Shown piece after piece: positions 15,629 to 23,545 of a DNA stretch of 36,606 nt. The position numbers and the translations under genes are program-made. Position 1 is the first letter of the stretch, and each line of letters starts with the position of its first letter. This DNA comes from Bdellovibrio sp. ZAP7. Its GTDB lineage: Bacteria; Bdellovibrionota; UBA1018. The notes beneath the pieces were generated by a model, which saw nothing but the letters and a program-made list of their open reading frames with translations, made no database searches and had not been told where the DNA came from. The stretch spans positions 1 to 36,606 of the forward strand of contig CAMBEX010000002.1 of assembly GCA_945865865.1 (NCBI GenBank), given 5' to 3'.

Positions 15629-16876
15629 TCAGCTGCTCATGCCTTTGATGAAGTCTTCGTTGGTCTTGGTATGAGCAACCTTGTCCAACAGGAACTCCAT
15701 GGCATCCAGGGTGTTCATGGGATGGAGCACCTTTCGGAGAATCCAAAGTCGGTTGAGCATTTCCTTAGGCGTGAGCATTTCTTCCTTTCGTGTCGCGGAC
15801 TTATTGATGTCCAGGCACGGAAAGATACGCTTTTCCATGAGCTTGCGGTCGAGGTGAATTTCGGAGTTACCAGTTCCCTTAAACTCTTCGAAAATCACTT
15901 CATCCATGCGTGAGCCGGTTTCGATCAAGGAGGTCGCAATAATGGTCAGCGATCCACCCTCCTCGATGTTACGGGCCGCCCCAAAAAAGCGCTTAGGCTT
16001 ATGAAGTGCGTTAGAATCCACTCCGCCCGACAGGATTTTGCCGGATGGAGGCACCACAGAGTTGTAAGCGCGAGCCAAACGAGTGATGGAGTCGAGTAAG
16101 ATCACCACGTCATATTTGTTTTCGACCAGGCGTTTAGCCTTTTCGATGACCATTTCGGCCACCTGCACATGGCGCGATGCCTGCTCGTCGAAAGTCGAGC
16201 TGACGACTTCGCCCTTCACAGAGCGCTGCATGTCGGTGACTTCTTCGGGCCGTTCGTCAATCAATAGGACAATCAGCTTAATTTCAGGGTGATTTGAAGT
16301 GATTGCGTTTGCGATGTCCTGCATCAGCACGGTCTTACCTGCGCGAGGAGGCGCCACAATCAGACAGCGCTGACCCTTACCCAGCGGAACCATCATGTCG
16401 ATGATGCGCGTGCTGTAATTGGTGGGTTGGTATTCGAGAGTGATCCGCTTATTGGGGTAAAGTGGTGTCAGGTTATCAAAAAGAACCTTTTCAGCGTTCT
16501 GTTCAGCTGGCTGAAAATTGACCTGCTCAACCTTGAGGAGTGCGAAGTAGCGCTCGCCTTCTTTAGGAGCGCGAACCGAACCGCTTACGGTATCGCCCGT
16601 GCGCAGGCCAAATCGGCGAATTTGCGAAGGAGAGACGTAAACGTCATCTGGACCCGGAAGGTAGTTGTAGTCCGGAGCGCGTAGAAAACCGAAACCGTCC
16701 GGCAGACACTCCAACACGCCATCCGCGTAAATATGCTCGTCTTTTTCGGCTTTTTTCTGAAGAGTTGCAAATATCAGATCCTGCTTGCGCATGCCCCCGG
16801 CATTTTCAACACCGAGTTCTTTACCCATTTCGACAAGATCGCCGATTTTCTTTTCCTTCAGCTCACGAAGATGCAT
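15629..16876 (-). CDS. rho: Transcription termination factor Rho.
   Basis: The product has the N-terminal RNA-binding domain ([22 protein letters not shown]...FGFLR) and Walker [13 protein letters not shown]. It is 415 aa. Confidence 0.97.
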   Translation of the reverse strand: MHLRELKEKKIGDLVEMGKELGVENAGGMRKQDLIFATLQKKAEKDEHIYADGVLECLPDGFGFLRAPDYNYLPGPDDVYVSPSQIRRFGLRTGDTVSGSVRAPKEGERYFALLKVEQVNFQPAEQNAEKVLFDNLTPLYPNKRITLEYQPTNYSTRIIDMMVPLGKGQRCLIVAPPRAGKTVLMQDIANAITSNHPEIKLIVLLIDERPEEVTDMQRSVKGEVVSSTFDEQASRHVQVAEMVIEKAKRLVENKYDVVILLDSITRLARAYNSVVPPSGKILSGGVDSNALHKPKRFFGAARNIEEGGSLTIIATSLIETGSRMDEVIFEEFKGTGNSEIHLDRKLMEKRIFPCLDINKSATRKEEMLTPKEMLNRLWILRKVLHPMNTLDAMEFLLDKVAHTKTNEDFIKGMSS

Positions 16877-17134
16877 GAAAACTACCTCAATTAGTTGAAC
16901 TCACGGACTCTGTATTTCTCGGAATTTTTTTTTGCTGGCTCTATCTCTGCCGCGCGTGAATTTACAGCCCAAAACGGCCCCGTTAGGGCTAAACAGTATG
17001 GCTGTTTCCTGCGAATTAACAGACTCATTCGGGTCAGTAAAGAAAAAAATCCCAGCTCACGCGCCTCTTCAGGGCTCCCTACGCGCTTCGGCTTGCCCGC
17101 AACCCTGAAAGAAGCGACACTGTTTCTATCCCTT

Positions 17135-18205
17135 ATGAAACGCTTCCTCACTGTTTTATCTTTACTGGCGCTGAGTGCCACAGCCCTCTGGGGAACTCGG
17201 CTCGCACTTTTCATGACCCGTCCCCGAGATCCTCAGTCGCAAAATTCGGCCGTGATTTTGGTTAAACGCGGAGCGAGCCCCGCCGAGCTTACGAGGACTT
17301 TGCAAAATACTGGCGTCATCGAGGATGCTGATCGCTTTTTATTGGGTGGCAAAATTCTCCGCAGATGGAACCACGTGAAAGCGGGAGAATACCGCCTTTT
17401 CGCAAAAATGACCCCACTTGAGATTCTTGGGGTGCTCGAATCCGGAATCAGCGTCAACTATTCGGTCACCATTCATGAGGGCGACAATATTTTTGAGATC
17501 GCGCAGACCATGAGCGAGCAAGGCCTTGCCGACCGAGCGCGCATCCTTGAACTCTGCAAAAGTCCTGAGTTTATGGGCCTGCTCGGACTCAAGGATCCCC
17601 TGCCCCCCTCAATGGAGGGATATCTTTTTCCGGATACCTATTTTTTCAGTCGAACGATGTCGCCTGAGGACATGCTCCGCCAGATGCATCGGCGCTTTAA
17701 ATCGCTCTGGACTGCAGACTTGGCTGCGCTTGCCCAACGTTCCGGATTGAATCGCCATGAAGTCCTTACGCTGGCGTCGATCATCGAAAAGGAAACGGGC
17801 GCGCCCGAGGAACGTCCGATCATCAGCTCAGTTTTTCACAATCGCCTTCGAAAAAAAATGCGGCTCCAGAGCGATCCCACGACTATTTATGGAATTTGGG
17901 AGACGTATTCCGGAAACATTCACAAAAAAGACCTACTCACTCCCACTCCGTTTAATACCTATACGGTTGCGGCTCTTCCTATTGGTCCTATTTCAAATCC
18001 AGGTGTACTCGCGATCCGCGCCGCCATGAGTCCCGCGCAAAGCGAGTACCTGTTTTTTGTCTCCCAGAACGACGGGCGACACGTTTTTACCCGTACTTTT
18101 GCGGAACACTCCGAGGCCGTTAAGAAGTTTCAACTCGACCGCAAGGCGCGTGAAGGAAAAAGCTGGCGCGATCTGAATCGCAAGAAAGAGGGCGAAAGCC
18201 CTTAG
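17135..18205 (+). CDS. mltG: Endolytic murein transglycosylase MltG (YceG-like).
   Basis: The start is set at ATG 17135 (MKRFLTVLSLLALSATALWG, a signal/TM segment). The YceG motifs are LASIIEKETG...RPIISSVFHNRL...MRLQSDPTTIY. Confidence 0.9.
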   Translation: MKRFLTVLSLLALSATALWGTRLALFMTRPRDPQSQNSAVILVKRGASPAELTRTLQNTGVIEDADRFLLGGKILRRWNHVKAGEYRLFAKMTPLEILGVLESGISVNYSVTIHEGDNIFEIAQTMSEQGLADRARILELCKSPEFMGLLGLKDPLPPSMEGYLFPDTYFFSRTMSPEDMLRQMHRRFKSLWTADLAALAQRSGLNRHEVLTLASIIEKETGAPEERPIISSVFHNRLRKKMRLQSDPTTIYGIWETYSGNIHKKDLLTPTPFNTYTVAALPIGPISNPGVLAIRAAMSPAQSEYLFFVSQNDGRHVFTRTFAEHSEAVKKFQLDRKAREGKSWRDLNRKKEGESP

Positions 18206-18780
18206 GCCGTACCCATCGATAAACTGGGTTCCGCAAAAACAAACATCGGGCTCTTGAAGCACTCTTCGAGCTGAATCAGGCGGGTTTTGAGCTGAATCTC
18301 AGGCTCACCGGGATCATCCACCCCCATGAAGCCCCCCAAAGCCGCTGTCGAAACCACGCGATGGCAGGGAACCAAAACCGGAATGGGATTGCGGCGCAAG
18401 GCCTGACCGACCGCACGGCTTGCTGCCGGTGTGCCGATTCGCATGGCCACCCATGCGTAGGTGCGGGTTTCACCATGTGGAATGGAAGCGACCGCACGAT
18501 AAACTTTTTTCTGAAAGGCACTCCACCCGTCTGAATCAATAAATTCCCAAGGGATGGACCCTAGAGGCTCACCCCGCGTGAAATACGACTTTAACTTTTC
18601 GAGAAAGCGCGCGATCGAAGCCGGAACGGAGGGATCCAGCTCGGGAATTCTGCATGGCCCCGGACGGGTCTCATACCAATCCACGCGAACGACAGCCCCT
18701 CTCGAGTTCCACGTCAGAGCTATCGTTCCGATCGGCGCTTGAAACTGAATTTGATTCATGGACGCTGCGCAGTGTGGCAC
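18202..18780 (-). CDS. ogt: Methylated-DNA--protein-cysteine methyltransferase.
   Basis: The active-site motif is IPVLVPCHRVV, and the HTH reads TYAWVAMRIGTPAASRAVGQALRRNP. An alternative start is ATG 18759. The stop overlaps the convergent mltG stop (TTAG at 18202-18205). Confidence 0.9.
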   Translation of the reverse strand: MPHCAASMNQIQFQAPIGTIALTWNSRGAVVRVDWYETRPGPCRIPELDPSVPASIARFLEKLKSYFTRGEPLGSIPWEFIDSDGWSAFQKKVYRAVASIPHGETRTYAWVAMRIGTPAASRAVGQALRRNPIPVLVPCHRVVSTAALGGFMGVDDPGEPEIQLKTRLIQLEECFKSPMFVFAEPSLSMGTA

Positions 18781-19189
18781 TAAAGACCTTTTCGATCAAT
18801 CATTTGCACGACGACTTTTACCTCTCGCCCGGTCGAAAATGTGGACACCGACAGCCCGCTATCTCCTCTGAAAGAATAGGATATTTTACTTGCTCTTATA
18901 TGCTGCGGTGCGATGGCCCGGCGCGGCAAAAGGCTAATCTTTTCGCTTGTTTATCACTTACCTCGCCTGTAAAGGTGTGCGTCACTTCAGACATCTATTG
19001 AAGGGTTCTTGAGGCCACGGATCTGGGCTTTGAGAGAGGGGGAGGCTTCTCGATGCGGATGAAAATCGAGAATCCGGGTTGTGTGTGGGCGATGCCCGTA
19101 ACTGGGGAACAAGGCGCTTCTCGATAGAGCGGCGCCGGTTCAGGACCGTAAAAAAGTCCCGTGCCTCACACCTTGAATGGGGTTTTGTT

Positions 19190-21013
19190 TTGAATTTGGC
19201 TCCTTCTGCCACATCGGGCTCTTACGTCGTGCTTGCACGAAAATGGCGCCCCGCCCAGTTTTCCGACATTGTCGGCCAGGCCCCGGTCGTTCGAACGATC
19301 ATGAACGCCATTCGTTCGGAGCGGATTCATCAGGCCTATTTGCTGACGGGCTCCCGCGGTATCGGTAAAACCTCCATTGCGCGCATCTTCGCCAAGATTG
19401 TTCGCTGCCCCAACACAGTTTGGGATCAAAATACGCTCCGCTCTTGCGACCAGTGCTCCAGCTGCAGAGAAATCGCGCTCGGCAATAGCGTGGATGTCAT
19501 TGAGATCGACGGGGCATCCAATAACGGCGTGGACCATGTTCGCGAGATCCGTGAAAACGCTAAATTTCTTCCTGCCTCTGGCTCTCGAAAAGTCTACATC
19601 ATCGACGAAGTTCATATGCTCAGCACGGCGGCGTTCAACGCACTTCTCAAGACTCTCGAGGAGCCGCCCGCGCACGTGATCTTTGTTTTTGCGACGACCG
19701 AACCTCATAAAATTCCGCCGACGATCTTGTCGCGCTGTCAGCGCTTCGATTTACGCCGCGTGACAATGACCCAAATTCAGACACGTCTAGCCGAGGTCAC
19801 GCGAGCCGAGGGGATTCAGGTTGAACCCGGCGCTCTGGCTTTGATCGCGCGCGCTGCCGAAGGCGGCATGCGAGACGCGCTCTCGCTACTTGATCAGGTC
19901 ATCGCGTTTTCCGGCAGCACCATCACTGCCGAGGCCGTGCGTGACAGCATCGGCCTCGTGGAAAGCCAGACGGTTTTGCGTATTTTACGCGGTATTTTGG
20001 GGCGAAATGCCCTTGAAGCGCTCTCGGCTGTCGATCAGGCCCACCAACAAGGTCATGACCTCAAGGTTTTGACCCGAAGCTTGATTGAGTTTTTGCATGG
20101 AGCACTCCTTGCGAAAGTCGGAGCGGCCGCCTCGGCGACGCTCGAGCTTGCCGAAGAAGAGTCCAAAGAGCTGCAAGCCCTCGCTGCGCTTCGTCCTCTT
20201 GAAGAGCTGGAGATGATTTTTCAGGCTCTCAATCAAGGTGTCGAATGGATTACGCGGTCTCCGCAACCCAAGATCGTGCTGGACGTTTTACTGATCAAGT
20301 GCGCGACCGCTGAAATACTGGTCTATGCTCATGAGACTGGGCCTGCGTCGTCTCCCGTTTCAAACTCAACCGCATCGCGACCCGTCGCTCCTGTGCAGGC
20401 TGCAGCCCCTGTCTCCGCTCCTCGCACGATCGCTCCAGTACAAGACGCGGTCAGCTCGTCGGCCTCATCCATTCGTGCCGCACTTGAGGCGACGTCTTCA
20501 CAAAATACTGCGCAGCCGGTCACGGCGGCGCCCGTTTCACTGCCGCCGAAATCGCAGCCCCTGGCGCAATCTGTCTCTCCAGCCGCTCAGCCTACATTTG
20601 AAGACCTGATCGAACGAGTCCGACTCCATCGTCCACTTTTGGCCACGGTACTCGAACACGGTCGCTGCAAAAAATTTCCCGATCACGGGGACAACACTCT
20701 AATTATTCAGTTTAAAGAACAAGATGGGTATTACCGTGAACAACTGCAAGCGCGGGTCTACGCCGAACAGCTCTCCATAATCTGCAAAGACTATTTCGGC
20801 AGGGTCATTCAGACCAAGATTGAAGTTGCCAGCGCCGCCGAAGAGGCCGCCGCTCCAATGGAGTCAGTGGCAGCGCGCCGTGAGCGCGAGCATCGCGAAC
20901 GCGAGAGCTCGACGCGCGAACAGGCTCAAAATCATCCGATTATTCGCGAGGCGCAGTCGCTTTTTGGCGGCGAACTAGGCCCCATCGAAATCGTGGAGGA
21001 CGAACGTGTTTAA
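19190..21013 (+). CDS. dnaX: DNA polymerase III subunit gamma/tau.
   Basis: YVVLARKWRPAQFSDIVGQ...LLTGSRGIGKTSIARIFAK...CxxCxxC...IIDEVHMLS, followed by a Pro/Ala/Ser-rich linker and a tau C-terminal region. There is no in-frame ATG near the conserved N-terminus. I took the start as TTG 19190 (or 19196). The track's 19079 start is over-extended. Confidence 0.93.
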   Translation: MNLAPSATSGSYVVLARKWRPAQFSDIVGQAPVVRTIMNAIRSERIHQAYLLTGSRGIGKTSIARIFAKIVRCPNTVWDQNTLRSCDQCSSCREIALGNSVDVIEIDGASNNGVDHVREIRENAKFLPASGSRKVYIIDEVHMLSTAAFNALLKTLEEPPAHVIFVFATTEPHKIPPTILSRCQRFDLRRVTMTQIQTRLAEVTRAEGIQVEPGALALIARAAEGGMRDALSLLDQVIAFSGSTITAEAVRDSIGLVESQTVLRILRGILGRNALEALSAVDQAHQQGHDLKVLTRSLIEFLHGALLAKVGAAASATLELAEEESKELQALAALRPLEELEMIFQALNQGVEWITRSPQPKIVLDVLLIKCATAEILVYAHETGPASSPVSNSTASRPVAPVQAAAPVSAPRTIAPVQDAVSSSASSIRAALEATSSQNTAQPVTAAPVSLPPKSQPLAQSVSPAAQPTFEDLIERVRLHRPLLATVLEHGRCKKFPDHGDNTLIIQFKEQDGYYREQLQARVYAEQLSIICKDYFGRVIQTKIEVASAAEEAAAPMESVAARREREHRERESSTREQAQNHPIIREAQSLFGGELGPIEIVEDERV

Positions 21014-21641
21014 CGTTAATCTCCAAGATCCACTATCGAAGCTCATCATTGAGCTCTCCAAACTGCCTGGCATCGGCGAAAAGACCGCGACTCGCCTGGC
21101 TTATTTTATTCTTAAACAGTCCATGGAAGATTCGCGTGCATTGTCTGAGGCGATCATCGGAGCCAAGACTAAAATCGTTCTATGCACACGTTGCTGCAAC
21201 TTCACCGACATCAGTCCATGCCGAATCTGCAGTTCGCCCCAACGCGACCAGAGTATCGTTTGCGTGGTCGAACGCCCGTCAGACGTCTCCGCGGTTGAAC
21301 AGGCCGGAGCCCATCGTGGGACTTACCATGTCCTTCACGGTGCGCTCTCCCCTCTGGACGGAATCGGGCCCGAGGAACTTAAACTTAGGGAACTCCTGGA
21401 ACGTCTCAAGACTCCTGCGGCGGAAAATGGCGCTGAAACAGCACCGATTCGCGAACTCATCTTGGCAACTAATCCAAGCGTCGAAGGTGAAGCCACTGCG
21501 CTTTATATCAATCGATTGATCCGGCCCTTGGGCGTGAGACTCACGAAACTTGCCCACGGTCTACCCGTTGGCGGTCTCCTCGAGTACAGCGACCGTCAGA
21601 CGATCGGAAAAGCGCTGGAAAACCGGATGGAGATGACCTGA
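21006..21641 (+). CDS. recR: Recombination protein RecR.
   Basis: LSKLPGIGEKTATRLAYF is the HhH motif. The C4 zinc finger is CTRCCNFTDISPCRIC. The Toprim region is VCVVERPSDV. The GTG start overlaps the dnaX stop by 8 nt. Confidence 0.95.
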   Translation: MFNVNLQDPLSKLIIELSKLPGIGEKTATRLAYFILKQSMEDSRALSEAIIGAKTKIVLCTRCCNFTDISPCRICSSPQRDQSIVCVVERPSDVSAVEQAGAHRGTYHVLHGALSPLDGIGPEELKLRELLERLKTPAAENGAETAPIRELILATNPSVEGEATALYINRLIRPLGVRLTKLAHGLPVGGLLEYSDRQTIGKALENRMEMT

Positions 21642-22235
21642 GTGAGCTTCATCAACTACGCCAGCAAAGAGATCAACTGCAAGATTATCTACTACGGCGC
21701 TGGCCTCAGCGGAAAAACTACCAACGTTCAGTATATCTACGAGCGCACACAACAGTCACAAAAGGGCAAGCTCGTGAGTCTCAGCACTGAAAACGAGCGC
21801 ACGCTATTTTTCGATTTTCTCCCGCTGGCCATCGACGATGTGCGCGGCTACAAAACCCGGTTTCACTTGTACACGATTCCGGGACAAACATTTTACGAAG
21901 TATCACGACAGTTCATCCTGAAGGGTGTCGACGGAATCGTTTTCGTCGTCGACAGCCAGCCTGAACGGATGGAAGCCAATATTGAAAGTTTCGAGAGCCT
22001 CGAAAAGGGTCTCGATCGCCAAGGGTACGATCTTCATAAGTTACCTTTGGTGTTTCAGTACAACAAGCGCGACGCGCAGGATGCCGTTTCGCTTCGAGAA
22101 CTGGAAGCAACGTTTAACCCGGCAAAACGCCCTTCATTTGAAGCGGTGGCGAGTCGGGGAGTGGGGGTGATGGAGACACTACAATCCATCAGTCAATGGA
22201 TCATTCGTGATCTAAAAGGGGGAGAACAACCATGA
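21642..22235 (+). CDS. mglA: Ras-like GTPase MglA (polarity / gliding-motility family).
   Basis: MSFINYASKEINCKIIYYGAGLSGKTTN...ERTLFFDFLP...YTIPGQTFY...QYNKRD is near-colinear with Myxococcus MglA as I remember it. The GTG start follows the recR TGA directly. Confidence 0.93.
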   Translation: MSFINYASKEINCKIIYYGAGLSGKTTNVQYIYERTQQSQKGKLVSLSTENERTLFFDFLPLAIDDVRGYKTRFHLYTIPGQTFYEVSRQFILKGVDGIVFVVDSQPERMEANIESFESLEKGLDRQGYDLHKLPLVFQYNKRDAQDAVSLRELEATFNPAKRPSFEAVASRGVGVMETLQSISQWIIRDLKGGEQP

Positions 22236-22642
22236 GGAAAGAAACACTCAAGAAGTTCAAGCGAATCTTCGAAGAACAGCGCCGTCAGGTGCTTTTCAAC
22301 GATCGAGTCGTGCGTGAGGACTTCAGCGTATGTGTCGATGACCGCTATGATGAACTTGATCAAGCGACCACCGACGTCGAGCAGTCAATGCGTATGCGAC
22401 TTCGCAACCGCGAAGTCCTATTCATCAAGAAGCTCGATGAAGCGTTGAAGCGTATCGAGGAAGGCAACTTCGGCGAGTGCGATGAATGCGGCCAGGACAT
22501 TGGTATTGGCCGCCTTCAAGCTCGTCCGACAGCAACTCTCTGTGTGGCCTGCAAAGAAGAACAGGAACGCAAAGAGGTGCTTACGGCCTCCGGTCGCGAG
22601 AGCAAGAGCCTCGGCCAGACCATGAGTCGTAAGTGGGCGTAA
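22232..22642 (+). CDS. DksA/TraR-family C4 zinc-finger protein (paralog 1).
   Basis: The coiled-coil tip is DELDQA (DxxDxA). MRMRLRNRE is present. The zinc finger is CDECGQDIGIGRLQARPTATLCVAC. An ATGA overlap with mglA lies at 22232-22235. Confidence 0.9.
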   Translation: MRKETLKKFKRIFEEQRRQVLFNDRVVREDFSVCVDDRYDELDQATTDVEQSMRMRLRNREVLFIKKLDEALKRIEEGNFGECDECGQDIGIGRLQARPTATLCVACKEEQERKEVLTASGRESKSLGQTMSRKWA

Positions 22643-22677
22643 AGCCCGTCTGATCGAAAGCCCATTCTACAAAATGG

Positions 22678-22716
22678 TCCGTCCCTCACGGCTCTCCGTA
22701 GGGACGGATTTTTTTT
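22678..22716 (+). terminator. Rho-independent terminator ending the dnaX-recR-mglA-dksA-like unit.
   Basis: TCCGTCCCT-N13-AGGGACGGA forms a 9-bp stem and is followed by T8 (22709-22716). Confidence 0.8.
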
Positions 22717-22815
22717 GCCCTTTTTTCAGGCCCAAAATGGCCCTTTTTCACGGCAGTCACTTTCTGACACCGCCGCTCACCCTGCCCTCTCATTGATTTC
22801 ACACAGGATTTTTAC

Positions 22816-22831
22816 TGGCACGCGCGTCGCA
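22816..22831 (+). promoter_or_regulatory. Sigma-54 (-24/-12) type promoter upstream of the second DksA-like gene.
   Basis: TGGCACGCGCGTCGCA compared with the consensus TGGCACG-N4-TTGCW has GG and GC at the correct spacing and one mismatch. It lies about 90 nt upstream of the ATG and of a GGAGG ribosome-binding site. Confidence 0.5.
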
Positions 22832-22921
22832 AAATACCTCTGACATGAGGCCGCAAGAGGTGGCCCCAAGAAAGGCCAGGGATGGCCGTACTCCAGTTTT
22901 TCACAATGGATCGGAGGAACG

Positions 22922-23329
22922 ATGATGGAAATCGGAACGGCTCTACGCTTCAAGGGACTCTTCGAAGAGCAGAAACTCAAGTTGCTCTACAGCAACGCAG
23001 TCCTAGACGAAGAATTTAATCTCAGAACGGATGATCGGCTCGACGAAGTTGATCAGTCCTCGAGCGAGCTTGAGACCTCCATGCGAATGAGACTCCGCAA
23101 CCGCGAGGCCCTCTACCTCAAGAAGATCGATCTCGCTCTTCGCCGGATTACCGAGGGTGAGTTCGGTTCCTGTGAAGGTTGTGGTGATGACATCGAGATG
23201 CGCCGCCTCGAAGCTCGGCCCATGACCACCTTTTGTGTGGCGTGCAAGGAGACCGAGGAACGCCTCGAGCTCGGTCATGTGGATGGGCGAATGCCTAAGA
23301 GCCTGGGGCGCAGGCTTCAGCTCGGATAG
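22922..23329 (+). CDS. DksA/TraR-family C4 zinc-finger protein (paralog 2).
   Basis: DEVDQSS...MRMRLRNREALYLKKID...CEGCGDDIEMRRLEARPMTTFCVAC. By eye it is roughly half identical to paralog 1. GGAGG lies 4-7 nt upstream of the tandem ATGs (22922 and 22925). Confidence 0.9.
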   Translation: MMEIGTALRFKGLFEEQKLKLLYSNAVLDEEFNLRTDDRLDEVDQSSSELETSMRMRLRNREALYLKKIDLALRRITEGEFGSCEGCGDDIEMRRLEARPMTTFCVACKETEERLELGHVDGRMPKSLGRRLQLG

Positions 23330-23371
23330 ATTCTAGGGGAGCCGCGCCAGGATGCGCGCGGATAGGGTGGG

Positions 23372-23413
23372 GGCGGCTCTGTGCCAGGGATGGCGCGGGC
23401 CGCCTATTTTTTT
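23372..23413 (+). terminator. Weak candidate terminator after DksA-like paralog 2.
   Basis: GGCGGC (23372-23377) pairs with GCCGCC (23399-23404) and is followed by TATTTTTTT. The loop is large, so this is a weak call. Confidence 0.3.
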
Positions 23414-23434
23414 GTCACATGAACCTTTCGAACC

Positions 23435-23467
23435 AAAAAAAAACGGGGACCTCTTTCGAGGTCCCCG
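23435..23467 (-). terminator. Rho-independent terminator for the S8 protease gene.
   Basis: On the minus strand it reads CGGGGACCTC-GAAA-GAGGTCCCCG (10-bp stem) followed by T9. Confidence 0.8.
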
Positions 23468-23545
23468 TCAGTAGCCTGATCCTTGGCAGCAGACCAGTTG
23501 TGGCCGGTCTGAATCATTCCATCGAGAAACTTAAAAGTTTCGCGA

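Noticed and set aside
16895-17134. Over-extended N-termini in the ORF track: mltG from 16895, S8 protease to 25114, murC to 35510, murA to 13303, rpmE to 15618, dnaX from 19079, and the SPT-like gene to 11411.
   Set aside because: The extensions lack similarity to the conserved N-termini. They overlap neighbouring genes or promoters. Better internal starts with Shine-Dalgarno sequences or signal peptides exist.
18781-19189. SRP (4.5S) RNA gene, which often sits directly upstream of dnaX.
   Set aside because: I could not find the conserved domain IV signature on either strand. That signature is CAGG...GNRA tetraloop...AGCAGC, as in GGUCCGGAAGGAAGCAGCC. The GUAA-containing segment at 19141-19160 does not pair as helix 8 would require.
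20669-20674. A6 run in dnaX as a possible programmed -1 frameshift or transcriptional slippage site producing a gamma subunit.
   Set aside because: In frame it reads tgC AAA AAA TTT, which is not an X XXY YYZ heptamer. It lies far 3', around codon 495. Only a 4-bp hairpin follows it. This is not enough support.
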